Made by a program: the position numbers and the translations under genes. DNA of 64,000 nt from Centroscyllium fabricii. Its lineage: Eukaryota. This document shows, in pieces, positions 13,105-26,371 of the stretch; within the stretch, counting starts at the first letter, position 1; each line of letters opens with the position of its first letter. The notes beneath the pieces were generated by a model. The model saw nothing but the letters and a program-made list of their open reading frames with translations. It had not been told where the DNA came from and did not search any database. The DNA is taken from positions 78,120,001-78,184,000 of the forward strand of contig JBNRSN020000026.1 in the NCBI GenBank assembly GCA_051313645.2, given 5' to 3'.

Positions 13105-16100
13105 GGTGTGGAATCTCTGGTTAAGGTGTAATCTCTGGATAGGGTGGAATCTGTGGTTAGGGTGGAATCTCTGGTTAAGGTGGATTCTTTGGTTAGGGAG
13201 GAATCTCTGGTTAGGGCGGAATCTCTGGTTAAGGTGGAATCGCTGGTTAAGATGTAATCCCTTCTTAAGGTGGAATCTCTGGATAGGGTGGAATCTGTGG
13301 TTAGGGTGGAATCTCTGGTTAAGGTGGAATCTCTGGTTAAGGTGGAATCTCTGGTTAGGGTGGAATATCTGGTTAGGGTGGAATCGCTGGTTAGGTGGAA
13401 TCTCTGGTTAAGGTGGATTCTCTGGTTAAGGTGGAATCTCTGGTTAAGGTGGAATCTCTGGTTAGGGTGGAATATCTGGTTAGGGTGGAATCGCTGGTTA
13501 GGTGGAATCCCTGGTTAAGGTGGAATATCTGGTTAGGAAGGAATCTCTGGTTTGGGTGTAATCTCTGGCTAACATGGAATCTCTGGTTAGGGTGGGATAT
13601 CTGGTTAGGGTGGAATCTCTGGTTAGGTGGAATCTCTGGTTAAGGTGGATTCTCTGGTTAAGGTGGATTCTCTGATTAGGGTGGATTCCCTGGTTAGGAT
13701 GGAATCTCCGGTTAGGGTGTAATCTCTGGTTAAGGTGCATTCTCTGGTTAGGGTGGTAACTCTGGTTAGGATGGAACCTCTGGTTAGGGTGTAATCTCTG
13801 GTTAAGGTAGAATCTCTGGTTAAGGTGGAATCTAGGGTTAGGGTGGAATATCTGGTTAGGGTGGAATCTCTGGTTAGGGTGGAATCTCTGGTTAGGGTGG
13901 AAACTCCGGTTAAGGTGGAATCACTGGTTAGGGTGGAATCTCTGGTTAAGGTGGATTCTCTGGCTTGGGTGGAATCTCTGGTTAAGGTGGAATCTCTGGT
14001 TAGGATTGAATCTCTGGTTAGGATGGCATCTCTGGTTAGGGTGGAATCTAGGTTAGGATGGATTCTCTGGTTAGGGTGGAATCCCTGGTTAGATGGTATC
14101 CCTGGTTAGGGTGGAATCTCTGGTTAGGGTAGAATCTAGGGTAGGATGGATTCTCTGGTTAGGGTGGAATCCCTGGTTAGATGGTATCCCTGGTTAGGGT
14201 GGAATCCCTGGTTAGATGGTATCCCTGGTTAAGATGGAATCCCTGGTTAGCGTGGAATCTCTGATTAGGGTGGAATCCCTGGTTAGATGGAATCCCTGGT
14301 TAGGGTGGAATCTCTGGTTAGATGGAATCCCTGGTTAGGGTGGAATCTCTGATTAGGGTGGAATCCCTGGTTAGATGTAATCCCTGGTTAGGGTGGAATC
14401 TCTGATTAGGGTGGAATCCCTGGTTAGGGTGGAATCTCTGATTAGGGTGGAATCCCTGGTTTGGATGGACTCTTTAGTTAGGGTGGAATTTCTGGTTAGG
14501 GTGGAATCTCTAGTTAGGGTGGAATCTCTGGTTAGATGGAATCCCTGGTTAGGATTGAATCTCTGGTTAGGGTGGAATCTCTGGTTAGGGTGGAATCCCT
14601 GGTTAGATGGTATCCCTGGTTAGGGTGGAATCCCTGGTTAGATGGTATCTCTGGTTAAGATGGAATCCCTGGTTAGCGTGGAATCTCTGATTAGGGTGGA
14701 ATCGCTGGTTAGATGGAATCCCTGGTTACGGTGGAATCTCTGATTAGGGTGGAATCCCTGGTTAGGGTGGAATCTCTGGTTAGGGTGGAATTTCTGGTTA
14801 GGGTGGAATCTCTAGTTAGGGTGGAATCTCTGGTTAGATGGAATCCCTGGTTAGGGTGGAATCTCTGATTAGGGTGGAATCCCTGATTAGATGGAATCCC
14901 TGGTTAGGGTGGAATCTCTAGTTAGGGTGGAATCTCTGGTTAGATGGAATCCCTGGTTAGGGTGGAATCTCTGGTTAGGGTGGAATCCCTGGTTTGGATG
15001 GAATCTCTAGTTAGGGTGGAATCTCTGGATGGGGTGGAATCTCTGATTAGGGTGGAAACTCTGGTTAAGGTTGATTCCCTGGTTAGGGTGGATTCTCTGG
15101 TTAGGTTGGAACCTCTGGTGAGGATGAAATCTCTATTTAGGGTGGAATCTTTGGTTAAGGTGGAATTACTAGTTTGGATGCAATCCCTGGTTAGGGTGGA
15201 ACCCTGGTTAGGGTGGAATCCCTGGTTAGGGTGGAATCCCCGGTTAGGATGGAATCTATGGTTAAGGTGAAATCTCTGGTTAGGATGGAATCGTCGGTTA
15301 GGGTAGAATCTGTGGTTCGGATGGAATCTCTGGTTAGGGTGGAATCTGTGGTTAAGGTGGATTCTTTGGTTAGGGTGGAATCTCTGGTTAGGGCGGAATC
15401 TCTGGTTAAGGTGGAATCGCTGGTTAAGATGTAATCCCTGCTTAAGGTGGAATCTCTGGATAGGGTGGAATCTCTGGTTAGTATGGAATCTCTGGTTAAG
15501 GTGGAATCTCTGATTAAGGTGGAATCTCTGGTTAGGGTGGAATCTCTGGTTACGATGGAATCCCGGGTTAGGATGGAATCTCAGGGTTAAGGATGGAATC
15601 TCTGGTTAGGGTGGAATCCCTGGTTAGGGTGGAATCTCTGGATAGGGTGGAATCTCTGGTTAGGATGGAATCTCTGGTTAGGGTGGAATCTCTGGTTAAA
15701 GTCGATTCTCTGGTTAGGGTAGAATCTGTGGTTAGGATGGAATCTCTGGTTAGGTTGAAATCTCTGGTTAAGGTGGATTCTTTGGTTAGTGTGGAATCTC
15801 TGGTTAGGGTGGAATCTCTGGTTAGGATGGACTCTCTGATTAGGGTGGAATCTCTGGTTAAGGTGGAATCTCTGGTTAAGATGGATTATCTGGTTAAGGT
15901 GGATTCTCTGGTCAGGGTGGATACACTGGTTAGGATGGAATCTCTGGTTAGAGTGTAATCTATGGTTAAGGTGGATAATCTGGTTAGGGTGGAAACTCTG
16001 GTTAAGGCGGAATCACTGGTTAGGGTGGAATCTCTTGTTAACGTGGATTCTCTGGTTTGGGTGGAATCTCTGGTTAAGGTGGAATCTCTGGTTAGGGTGG

Positions 16101-17502
16101 AATTTCTGGTTAGGGTGGAATCCCTGGTTAGGATGAAATCCCTGGTTAAGATGGAATTCATGGTTAGGGTGGAATCTCTGGTAAAGCAGGAATCTCTGGT
16201 TAGAGTGAAATCTCTGGTTAGGGTGGCATGTCTGGTTAGGGTGGAATCTCTGGTTAAGGTGGATTCTCTGCATAGGGAGGAATCTCTGGTTAGGGTGGAA
16301 TCTCTGGTTAGGATTGAATCTCTGGTTAGGATGGCATCTCTGGTTAGGGTGGAATCACAGTTTAGATGGAATCCCTGGTTAAGGTGGAATCCCTGGTTAA
16401 GATGGAATCCCTGGTTAGGGTGGAATCTCTGGTTAAGGTGAAATCTCTGGTTAGGATGGAATCTTTGGTTAGGGTGGAATTTCTGGTTAGGGTGGAATCT
16501 CTGGTTAGGATGGAATCTCTGGTTAGGGTGAAATCTCTGTATGGGGTGGAATCTCTGGTTAGGGTGGAAACTCTGGTTAAGTTGGATTCCCTGGTTAGGA
16601 TGGAATCTCAGGTTAGGATGGAATCCCTGGTTTAGGTGGAATCCCTGGTTAAGATGGAATCCCTGGTTAGGGTGGAATCTCTGGTTAAGGTGAAATCTCT
16701 GGTTAGGATGGAATCTTTGGTTAGGGTGGAATTTCTGGTTAGGGTGGAATCTCTGGTTAGGATGGAATCTCTGGTTAGGGTGAAATCTCTGTATGGGGTG
16801 GAATCTCTGGTTAGGGTGGAAACTCTGGTTAAGTTGGATTCCCTGGTTAGGATGGAATCTCAGGTTAGGATGGAATCTCAGGTTAGGATGGAATCTCTGG
16901 TTAGGTTGGATTCTCTGGTTAGGATGGAATCTCTTGTTTGCGTGGAATCTCTGGTTAGTTGGGAATCTCTGGTGAGGGTGGGTTCTCTGGTTAGGGTAGA
17001 ACCTCTGGTTAGGATGGAATCTCTGGTTAGGGTGGATTCTCTGGTTAAGGTGGACTCACTGGTTAGGATGGAATCCCTGGTTAAGGTGAAATCTCTGGTT
17101 AAGGTTGAATCTCTGGTTAGGATGAAATCCCTGGTTAGGGAGGAATCTCTGGTTAGGTTGGATTCTCTGGTTAGGGTGGAATCCCTGGTTATAATGGATT
17201 CTCTGGTTAGTCTGGAATCCCTGGTTAGGGTGGAATCTCTGGTTAAGGTGGAATCTCTGGTTAAAATGGAATCTCTGGTTAAGGTGGATTTCCTGGTTTG
17301 GGTAGATTCTCTGGTTACGGAGGAATGTATGGTTAGAGTGGAATCTCTGCTTAGGGTTGAATCGCTGGTTAAGGTGGAATCTCTTGTTAGGATGGAATCC
17401 CCGGTTAGGTGGACTCTCTGGTTAGGGTGGATTCTCTGGTTAGGGTGGATTCTCTGGTTAGGATGGAATCCCTGGTTAGGGTGGAATCTCTGGTTAGGAT
17501 GG
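13105..17502. repeat. ~4.4 kb satellite, 18-bp unit GGTTAGGGTGGAATCTCT (about 245 copies, with 17-bp variants)
   Basis: Direct reading; explains the VESLVR / WNLWLG / TLTRDS repeat ORFs. Confidence 0.98.
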
Positions 17503-18894
17503 GTATTTGGAGAACATTATTTCAAGTGAGGAGCAAGTTAACCGATCAGGTAATTTGTTGAATTGGGTCATGCCAGAAGAAATTTACAGCCTTTGCTTTG
17601 CTCTCCCCTAACTACACAACAGAAGTGAATCGAATTGTTTTTAGATGCCTTCGATCAGAAGGAAAGTTAGAAACTATCCCGCCCGGGATATTGGTGCGAT
17701 GTAAACGGGTCGCAAATAGTTTCAGTTCTAAACACGACCCCATTGCAGTTCACTCTGCCAACTATTAGCGAACACTTTGATGTACCGTCTGTTTAAAAAC
17801 TCGGGTATCTGGTGTTCTCACGCCGTAAAACCTGTCCCCGTTATCTGATCAAATGTTCATCTGGAGCGCATGCTTCCTCCCAATATTTATCTGTACGATG
17901 CCTGTACTGTCGGCACTCTAATTCTAAAGATGTTTTTTTTCTGGAGGAATTGTTAAGCAATCAGATAATTCGCTAGCGATGCTTCATTTATATCGCACCG
18001 AAGCGAAGGCTGAGGACTAATTTCACAGTCCCGCTTAAAGGCAGAATTGCACCAAAATCACTTCTTCATCACAAGGAGCGCGTCTACTGTGTTGTGTGTG
18101 TGTAAGCATGGAGAGAGAGAGAGGGAGACCGTGACAGAGAAAGGACTAACAGAGAAGGAAACAGTTCAAAATTCAAATACTTTTCTTTACGATATAATTT
18201 TTCTTATTTCAGCAATCTGAATTTTTGTCTTGGAAAGATTGAACATATTTCATTTTTTTAATTCAAAGTCCCACAGACTTCCCCTGACTCATTAAACAAA
18301 ATATACAGATTAAAGTTAGTAAAATGTCAAACAAATTGCACCAAAACAGAGAGAAGGAATGTGGGTTGGTTCCACGATATTAACGATTATTCCCGGTATT
18401 AAACTCAGATTTAAACTCAACATGAAGTTTCAAAATCTATTAACTTTGTATTTCACAAAAATCCTAAGGATAAGATATCACTTCAATAAAAGGATTTCCT
18501 CCACTGGTTCCACAGATATTTTTTGCCCTGATCATGATTATTTTCATTTTTTGTTTTGTCCAGTTAATTTCTCCTGCAGTAAGTGTGGTGAGAATTATAA
18601 GCCCCTCTCGCTTTGACGCATTAATTTTAGTTACTTTTTATTACTTTTATATTTTTGTTTTAATATTAAGGATGATTTGGAGATTTGTATTTTCTGTTTA
18701 GCTTTCCAGACATTAATAATTAACTCTGCGTCTTCAGATTGTTTGCATTTTTTCAAATCCGGTTTTAGATCCAGAGGCAGGGGTTCTGCTCTTCTCAAAT
18801 GTCAGACGGAAATTCACATTTAATACCAATCTAATGCTTGGCTCCCTGCATTCTAATTTCTATACATTTTCTTAGCAAACAATTTATAATTTTT

Positions 18895-19214
18895 TCTTCG
18901 ACAGCACCTCCCAAACCCACGATCTCTTTCACTTAGAAGGACAAGGGCAGCAGGCGTATGGGAACACCGCCACCTACAAGTTCCCCTCCAAGTCACACAC
19001 CATCCTGACTTAGAAGTATATTGCCAATCCTTCATCGTCGCTGGGTCAAAATCCTGGAACTCCCTCTCTAACAGCACTGTGGGAGCACCTTCACCACACG
19101 GACTGCAGCGGTTCAAGAAGGCGGCTCACCACCACCTTCTCGAGGGCAATTAGGGATGGGTAATAAATGCCGGCCTTGCCAGCGACACCCACATCCCATA
19201 AACGAATAAAAAAA
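18895..19214 (+). mobile_element. LINE 3' end (CR1-group like), probable partner of the 6130 SINE
   Basis: Encodes FIVAGSKSWNSLSNSTVG..LQRFKKAAHHHLL then short UTR and poly(A). Confidence 0.8.
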
Positions 19215-19810
19215 TATATCGTTTTACTCCACTAGTTCTTTTACTCCTGTCTAGAAACTCATGGGTAAGAATTCTTCTGGTTGCCTTAAATATTTTCTTT
19301 TAAGACCATCTTACCAGAATTTACTGTAAAAATGATAGTGAGGCTAAAGGCCCTTGCCGTTATTTATGCACAAGCCGTTGTGCAGGTAAATGCGAAAATC
19401 CTGAAGTTGCTGCCAGAAATATACCACTCCTAGATGTGAAAAGGGCATCTCGCTGTCTGGCTCCCCATTCAAATGTATTGAACTGCCTGAAAGCTCTGTA
19501 CTTTCATGATAAATAAGGACTAAGCACACCACAGAATGCCAGGAATTGTTCATTTCAGTTTAAATACCCTATTAACAACGGTGTAAGTCTTTATTTCTGC
19601 CAAACAACCTCTCTGGGACTGAAAATTAACTTTTACAAGTGTGGAATCTCATTCCTTCAGATTTTAATTGTTGTTGGAGATTTCAAAAAAGTAACTTTTA
19701 TTTTACTTTTTTTTCTGTCTCCTTTTCCTATCTCTCTTAATCCAATCATTCCCTCGCTTTATTTCACTATCTCTACCTGATTTGACATTGAAAAATTCAC
19801 AATTCTACCT

Positions 19811-19980
19811 CAGTCCAAAGATGTGCGGGTTAGGTTGATTGGCCAGGATAAATTGACCCTTAGTGTTAGGGGGATTAAATATGTGGGGTTGCGGGGATAG
19901 GGTGGGATATGTGTCGGTGCAGGCTCGATGGGCCGAAATGGCCTCTATCTGCACTGTAGGGATTCTATGATTCTATGATT
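19811..19980 (+). mobile_element. HE1-like SINE 3' fragment with a variant tail
   Basis: cagtccaaagatgtgcgggttaggttgattgg.. identical to the 11640 copy; ends (attctatg)n. Confidence 0.85.
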
Positions 19981-21006
19981 ATGCTCCCTGGTTCAGAGTC
20001 TGCACTATTCGTTAACAATGCTTCAATCTAATTGGTTAAGGAGACACACAGTTGCTTGCACTGTCCCAGATGCCATGTGAAGAAAGCCAAGCCATTTGGA
20101 TCGCTCACTTACATCAGCTTCCAGTGCAAAAGGTCATAGAACTTAAATGGCTACGGGTAAGTCTAAATTTGCCCAGTACAGTAAATTCTGGCTGGTTGGG
20201 CTGGAAATGGACAGCAGAGAAAAAATTGTTGAATAAACATAGAACGTTGCTGCACGTAGCGAGCAGAGCAATTATTTACGCTCAGTGAAATGCTCAAGAC
20301 GTTCTGATTGTCTGACAGTTTATAGAGTTCAGACCCGTGGAACAGACAACACAAAACCCAATGAATCTGTGAAATATCTTTTACTTAAAAATCAGCAAGA
20401 AGTGACAAGTAATTTACCAGAATATAAACTGCACTGAATTCATGTACTTATTACAAGCAAGCATCTAAAATCATTTACTTTAAGCTCAGGTGATTATAAG
20501 CAAACCCACATGCATACTATTCACCAGATGAGAGGTCAATTCAACGATGACTAGATGTATGATTAACTTTAACTGGCAACTGACCAGGTCACCATCGATT
20601 ATAGCCCCGAATGTCAGTGTCCAATAACACTTACACTCCAAAAGTGGCAACTCGCCCACAGCATTCATGTTTTCCTCTCTCTCTATCTGTTTTGACGTTT
20701 AGTTAACCAAGGCCAGACATCCAAGGATTGGAGGGAGTAATTATTTTTCACATCTGCAGGGTTGTTAACTTACGGTTCTCACAGAATTTTAAAGATCATC
20801 TTTTGAAGGAAAAGTACCAACACATCACTTATTTTGCAAATGTTTTTAGCCAAGCAGTCTCTTGCCCTCGAAGTTCGGTCACTTGGACTTTTGTTCACTT
20901 TTAGATTCAGTCAAATGGAGATTCAGTCAAGTTTACCATGACTGTGTTACAATAGATACCCAAGTCAGTGCTAGACCTGTGCACGCGTTTCCTTTTATGT
21001 ATTTGT

Positions 21007-21600
21007 AGAATTGAAAAGCAGAGAACTTATTTTAAACTTGTACAGGACCTTAGTTAGACCACACTTGGAGCACTGTGAACAGTTCTGCTCTCCATATTAT
21101 AAAAAGGATATCGAGGCACTGGAGAAGGTGTCAAAAAGATTGACTGGAATGACGCCAGCTCCGAGAGTTTATCCCGATCAGGAACAATTGAACAGGCTAG
21201 GGCTCTTTTCTCTTTTCAGAGAAGACTGAAGGGTGACCTGATAGAGGTCGTTAAGATTATGAAATGATTTGATAAGGTAGATGTGGAGAAGATGTTTCTA
21301 CTTGCAGGGGAGACCAGAGCTAGGGGGCATAAGTGTAAGATAGTCACTAATAAATCCAATTCAGGAGAATTCAGGAGAAACGGCTTTATCCAGGGAGTGG
21401 TTAGAATGTGGAACTCGTTACCACAAGGAGGTGAATGGCAGCGATGCATTTAAGAGGCAGCTGGATAAGCACACGAGGGAGAAAGGGATCGAAGATGTTG
21501 ATGGTGTGAAATGAAGAAGGGTGGGAGACGGCTCGTGTAGAGCAGAAACCCCGGCACGGGCCCGATGGGCCGAGTTTTGTAATACAATGCACTACTCTGT
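21007..21600 (+). mobile_element. Older CR1 3' fragment
   Basis: ORF 21011-21229 LYRTLVRPHLEHCEQF; downstream GDLIE and gtggttagaatgtggaactc. Confidence 0.85.
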
Positions 21601-23596
21601 ACTTCACCCTGGTTACATGTTTGTATTATCAATAAGAAAGTAAATCCTAGTACAACCGGGTCATATTGTGCCAAGAGACCGAGAATTAATGGCATATAGG
21701 CTAGCACTGACATCTGAAAGCAGCCAGAGAAAGAATGGGGGAAGGGGGGAATGAAACCCTTCGAAAGATTAATCTCCCAACTCAAAATCATATACGTCAA
21801 AGCTGTCATTGTTTAGACATTGACTCTGGGTTCAATTGAAAGAACTCTGCTGAATTTCATGCGAAGGTCACATGAACTTAAAGTGTAATTAATTACGTAA
21901 CAGATGAAATTATACCCATACAGATATTTACCTGTAAGATGCTATTTACTGAGAGGTAAATTGGCACCTAACTAGGTGGAAATAAACGTTAATATAATCC
22001 TTTTAAAAATAGACAAGCGAGACAGAAAATATTTACTGGAAAAATAGTTTAAAAAACCTGGTGCTTGAATCTTAGGGAATATCTCTGGGACCGGGATTGC
22101 TGTTGGTTAGCATTCCCTCTTTATGTAATTTTCATCTGTGTTGCATTATTATGGTGTCTACCTATTGCTGGTATTAGAAATACTAATGTTAATTGCTCTT
22201 GTTAAGGTAAAAATTTATTTCTGCAGAGACCAGGAAATATCATTTCCCCATGACACAGACCCGGTTACGTATGAGGACAGATGGCACTTGTCTCACCAGG
22301 CTGAATAGTTTAATTGGCAGAAGCAATGGACGCTACAAACTGAATCCATATAAAACCAAAATGTTGGGCTTATTGCAATGTGTTGGAATATGTTGTTGGC
22401 TTGGGTAAACCGACGAAGGCGTTTCAAATAATAAGCACAGCTCTGGAAATAGTTCTATTTTCTGGTCAGAGCGCGATAGCTACAGTTCGGGTTCCAGCCA
22501 GGTAGGACTGTGTTTGGACCGCTTCAGCCTGCCAACGAATAAACGCCAACCACAACATTTCTAATCCAGGAGATTTTTCTGAAATTTCAGGTTCCTGAGT
22601 TTAAAAAAGACATTTTTCCCAGTAAACAGTTGCTGCGTATCTTTGAAACTGTAATTGTCTATCCAGGCGAAACCTCTGTAGGTGCCTAGATATAGGCATC
22701 CCTTTCAATTGCTAGAAACTTCTATATGTGTAAAACAAGAGCGCTGTCTTGACATTGAAGTTGAGGTCAGGTAGTTAAAACACCTTCAAGGGAGTTTCAG
22801 CGATGCTCTGGTAACATTCTGAATCTGGCTTGACTTGAATGTAAAGGGTCACCGGGAAAAGTTGAGCAGAGAGGATTCGGCGCCCCAATAGATCTCACCT
22901 AATTCCGCAGCTATTTAACTTGGATGGGCCCTGTTATGGTAGGTGCTCCTCCAGGCATCGTTTTCCTTTATCTGCTCCACCCATTCGATCCTTTGGCCTA
23001 AACATTCTAACATCTTTACCACTCTTCAAGCCAGAGCTAGACGTGTTCCTCGATGGGTCGGAGATCACCTTTTACAGAAGGCAGTTATTGCAGGGAATTC
23101 AGGGCCAGGGTGATCTCATGGACTAGTTTCCATCGGCTAGACGGGTTAGAGAGGAATTTTCCAGATTTCCCCCCCCCCCCCCCCCCAAAAAAAAAATTGG
23201 CCTGGTTTTTTTTTTAAATCGGGTTTTACGCCTCTCCTAGGAGATCTCATGGTTTCGCGTGGCCTGGTATCACAATTGGGTGGGGCAGGCTGAATAGACC
23301 AGAGGGTCTTTACCTGCCCGTCATTGTTCGTATGTTTGTATGTATCACTGGAAAGTAGTTCCCAGGTTGTAGTGATATTAAAGGTGGATCGTGTGTAAGG
23401 AGGATAAATGGCGCATCTCAGGGACATGTGGACCTGATTGTATATCCTGGCACCTAACGATTGCAGGCCCAAATTAGCCATCTCCAACCAGCGTGAACGT
23501 GGTCTGCGGCAGATCTGGTCCCAAAGGGCAATTTTCAGCACGATCAGAGAGGGAAAAATGTTAATTCCTGATATGTTGTCTCTCATGGAAGAAAAC

Positions 23597-23722
23597 GATA
23601 TTCTGATGAAAGGTCATAGGCCTGAAACATTATCCTTACCTTTCTCAACAGATGCTACCTGACCTGCTGAGTGTTTCCAGCATTCCCAGTTTTTCTTTCA
23701 TATTTCCATCATTTTGCTTTTG
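23597..23722 (+). mobile_element. Penelope-like 3' fragment (family B) with degenerate hammerhead motif
   Basis: CTGATGA-a-aggtc/ata/ggcct-GAAA then gatgctacctgacctgctgagtgtttccagcatt, homologous to 44634-44768. Confidence 0.7.
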
Positions 23723-24679
23723 TTTAACAATAAATTTTAATGCCGCCAAAATTTATCAATTTGGTGGTTTGCATTGTGACTTCTCGACGTCACTGCCAAA
23801 GGAATCCTCTCTGGTTTAGAGTGGGAGTTTAGCGATGTCTGTGTATACGGAGCCTCCAAACATGGAGCGAACGTGGCTTTTAGTTCCATTAGTAAAGTAT
23901 AAATGCGTCCTTATCCTGCCTGTCGGATTGGTTGGTTGCCTGATTATTTACATTTTCAGTAAATACATAACACCCCATGGGAATTGAAATTCAGAAGATG
24001 GTAACGACGTTTATTTTGGAAGGTAGAGAAATTCGCACAGGTTAGTCAGTATTAAGGAGAATTAGCTTGAAAGAGAAATAGAATGATCAGTAAACTGGGT
24101 TTTTTCCTTGGCCGTCATCCACAGTTATATTAATCTAATGATATATATTTCCTATCAATATTGGTGCTCCATTAACACATTGCCGCTTGGAAGCTAAACC
24201 ATTTTATTGGTACATGTTGGCATCAGAAAGTTATGATTAAGTAATGCTTCATATTGCACCCAATAAATTCGGAAACCTGATCTTTGCGCCTTTACTAAGG
24301 TATAGAAAACATCGGAGTTTATATTTTTAAAGGCTGTCAGTTGAAATTGCAATGATTTATTTTCTTTCTTTTGCCAATTGTCTCCCCTCCCACCTCTCTT
24401 GAAATGATGACTCCATCGCTGAGCTACGCCTCAGCAGCGTCTTATCCAAGACATTAATAACTCTCGGGTGAACCTTAAGCTACGTCTGCAAAGCTGCTGT
24501 TGGTAGGGATGCGAAAGTTGTGTAAATCTTGTCAGGGTTGGATTTGACACTACAGGGAAGGCAATACGACTGCTCAGAGAAAGTCGGCACTGACTCGAAA
24601 TCCACATTACAACTGGTGAACTGTAGGGCTGTCTCAAGAATATCCGTTATTAAATACAATATATTTGACAACTTCCTAT

Positions 24680-24985
24680 TTAGTATACACTAGTTAGGCC
24701 TCAGCTAGAGCACTGCGAGCAGCTCTGGTCACCACATTACAGGAAAGATGTGATTGCACTAGAGAGGGTGCAGAGGAGATTTACAAGGATGTTGCGGGAC
24801 TGGAGCATTTAGCTATGAGGAAAGATTGGATAAGCTGGGGTTGTTTCCTTGAGATTTAATTGAGGTGCAAAACTTATGAGGGACCGAGATAGAGTGGATA
24901 GGAAGGACCTATTTCCCTTAGCAGAGAGGTCAATAACCAGGGGGCAGAGATGTTAAATAATTGGTAGAACGAGTAGAGGGGAGTT
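24680..24985 (+). mobile_element. Older CR1 fragment
   Basis: LVRPQLEHCEQLWSP..LERVQRRFTRML readable on plus strand. Confidence 0.8.
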
Positions 24986-25680
24986 GATAACAATAACAAC
25001 AAAAACGTGTATTTATATAGCGCCTTTAACATAGTAAAATGTCCAAAGGCGCTTCACAGGAGTATTATAAGACAAAAAATCGTCACAGAGCAACATAAGC
25101 AGAAATTAGGGAAGGTGACCAAAAGCTTGGTCAAAGAGGTAGGCTTTAAGGAGCGTCTTGAAGGAGGAAAGAACGGTAGCGAGGTGGTGAGGTTTAGGCA
25201 GGGAATTCCAGAGCTTGGGGCCCAGGCAACAGAAGGCACGGCCGCCGAAGGATGAGCGATTATTATCAGGGATGCTCAAGAAGGCAGAATTAGAGGAGCG
25301 CACATATCTCGGCGGGGTTGTAGGGCTGGAGGAGATTACAGAGATAGGGAGGGTCGAGGCCATGGAGGGCTTTGAAAACAAGGATGGGAATTTTGAAATC
25401 AAAGCGTTGCTTAACCGGGAGCCAATGTAGGCCAGCGAGCACAGTGGGGTGATGGGTGAACGGGGCTTGATGCGAGTTAGGACAGGGGCTGTAGAGTTTG
25501 GGATGACCTCCAGTTTACGTAGGGTAGAATGTGGAAGACCAGCCAGGAGTGCGTTGGAATAGTCAAGTCTGGAGGTAACAAAGGCTCGGATGAGGGTTTC
25601 AGCAGCAGATGAGCTGAGGCAAAGGCGGAGACGGGCGACGTTGCAGAGGTGGAAATAGGTGGTCTTAGTTATGCCGCACA
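24986..25680 (-). mobile_element. L2-clade LINE 3' fragment
   Basis: ORF 25106-25681: AETLIRAFVTSRLDYSNALLAGLP..GGRAF..PKLWNSLP..FKTLLKAYLF. Confidence 0.92.
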
Positions 25681-25819
25681 TTCCAAAATGATTCTGGAAT
25701 AGTGAGCAATTTTGGCAGGCGCGAGCTGGACCTGATAATGCTTTTTGTGGTTCTGCCAGATCTGGCGAAGATTATCTAAACCATTTGTCCTCCATATCCG
25801 TTCAAGTCTGCATCCCTTG

Positions 25820-26365
25820 GACTTAAGGGAGTGAAGATGAGGGCTGTACTGGGGGGAATGGCCAGGGTGAAAGAGTAATTGTTTTAATTGGGACTAGGGC
25901 ATCAAAGGTGGTGGTGAGGGTGTGGTTGAGCGGATCGGTAGCTGCAGAAATGTTGTGGTGAATGGAGAGCCAGAGCCTGGACAATTGGGATTTGATCAGT
26001 GCAGTTGTAAGAGAGTTGGGAGAGAGTTTTTTTTCCAGGGGTGGACACAGAAAGAAGTAGGGTTGGGGGGTGGAGTGGGTGGAAGGGGGTTGTGGGTGGT
26101 GAGCGATATGAGGAAGTGGTCAAAGATGGCTTTATCTGCGATTGACACGATGGGAGTAGCGAGGCCACAAGAGGTGGCTAGGTCGAGGGGGTGGCCGTGA
26201 ATGTGGGTTGGGGGGGTTTACATGGAGGGAGAGATTAAGGGAGCATAGGAGGCTATGGAATTCAAGGTGAGAGAGCATGGTGAATTGAGATGGAGGTTGA
26301 AATCACCGAGGATGTGAAGATGTTCGGTGAGAGGCTGAGGGAGGAAAGCGGTGAAGATATCTCGG
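25820..26365 (-). mobile_element. LINE apurinic-type endonuclease fragment (probably L2)
   Basis: Minus strand ILGDFNLHLN, THIHGHPLDL and DH motifs. Confidence 0.78.
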
Positions 26366-26371
26366 TAATAA

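Noticed and set aside
13106-17529. Long VESLVR / WNLWLG repeat ORFs up to 297 aa
   Set aside because: By-product of an 18-bp stop-free unit; 17-bp units break the frame repeatedly
24431-24499. Minus-strand QQLCRRSLRFTRELLMSWIRRC resembling Evx [22 protein letters not shown]
   Set aside because: 9 of 22 identities, right strand, but no RRYRTAF or WFQN part and poor codon similarity; compatible with chance
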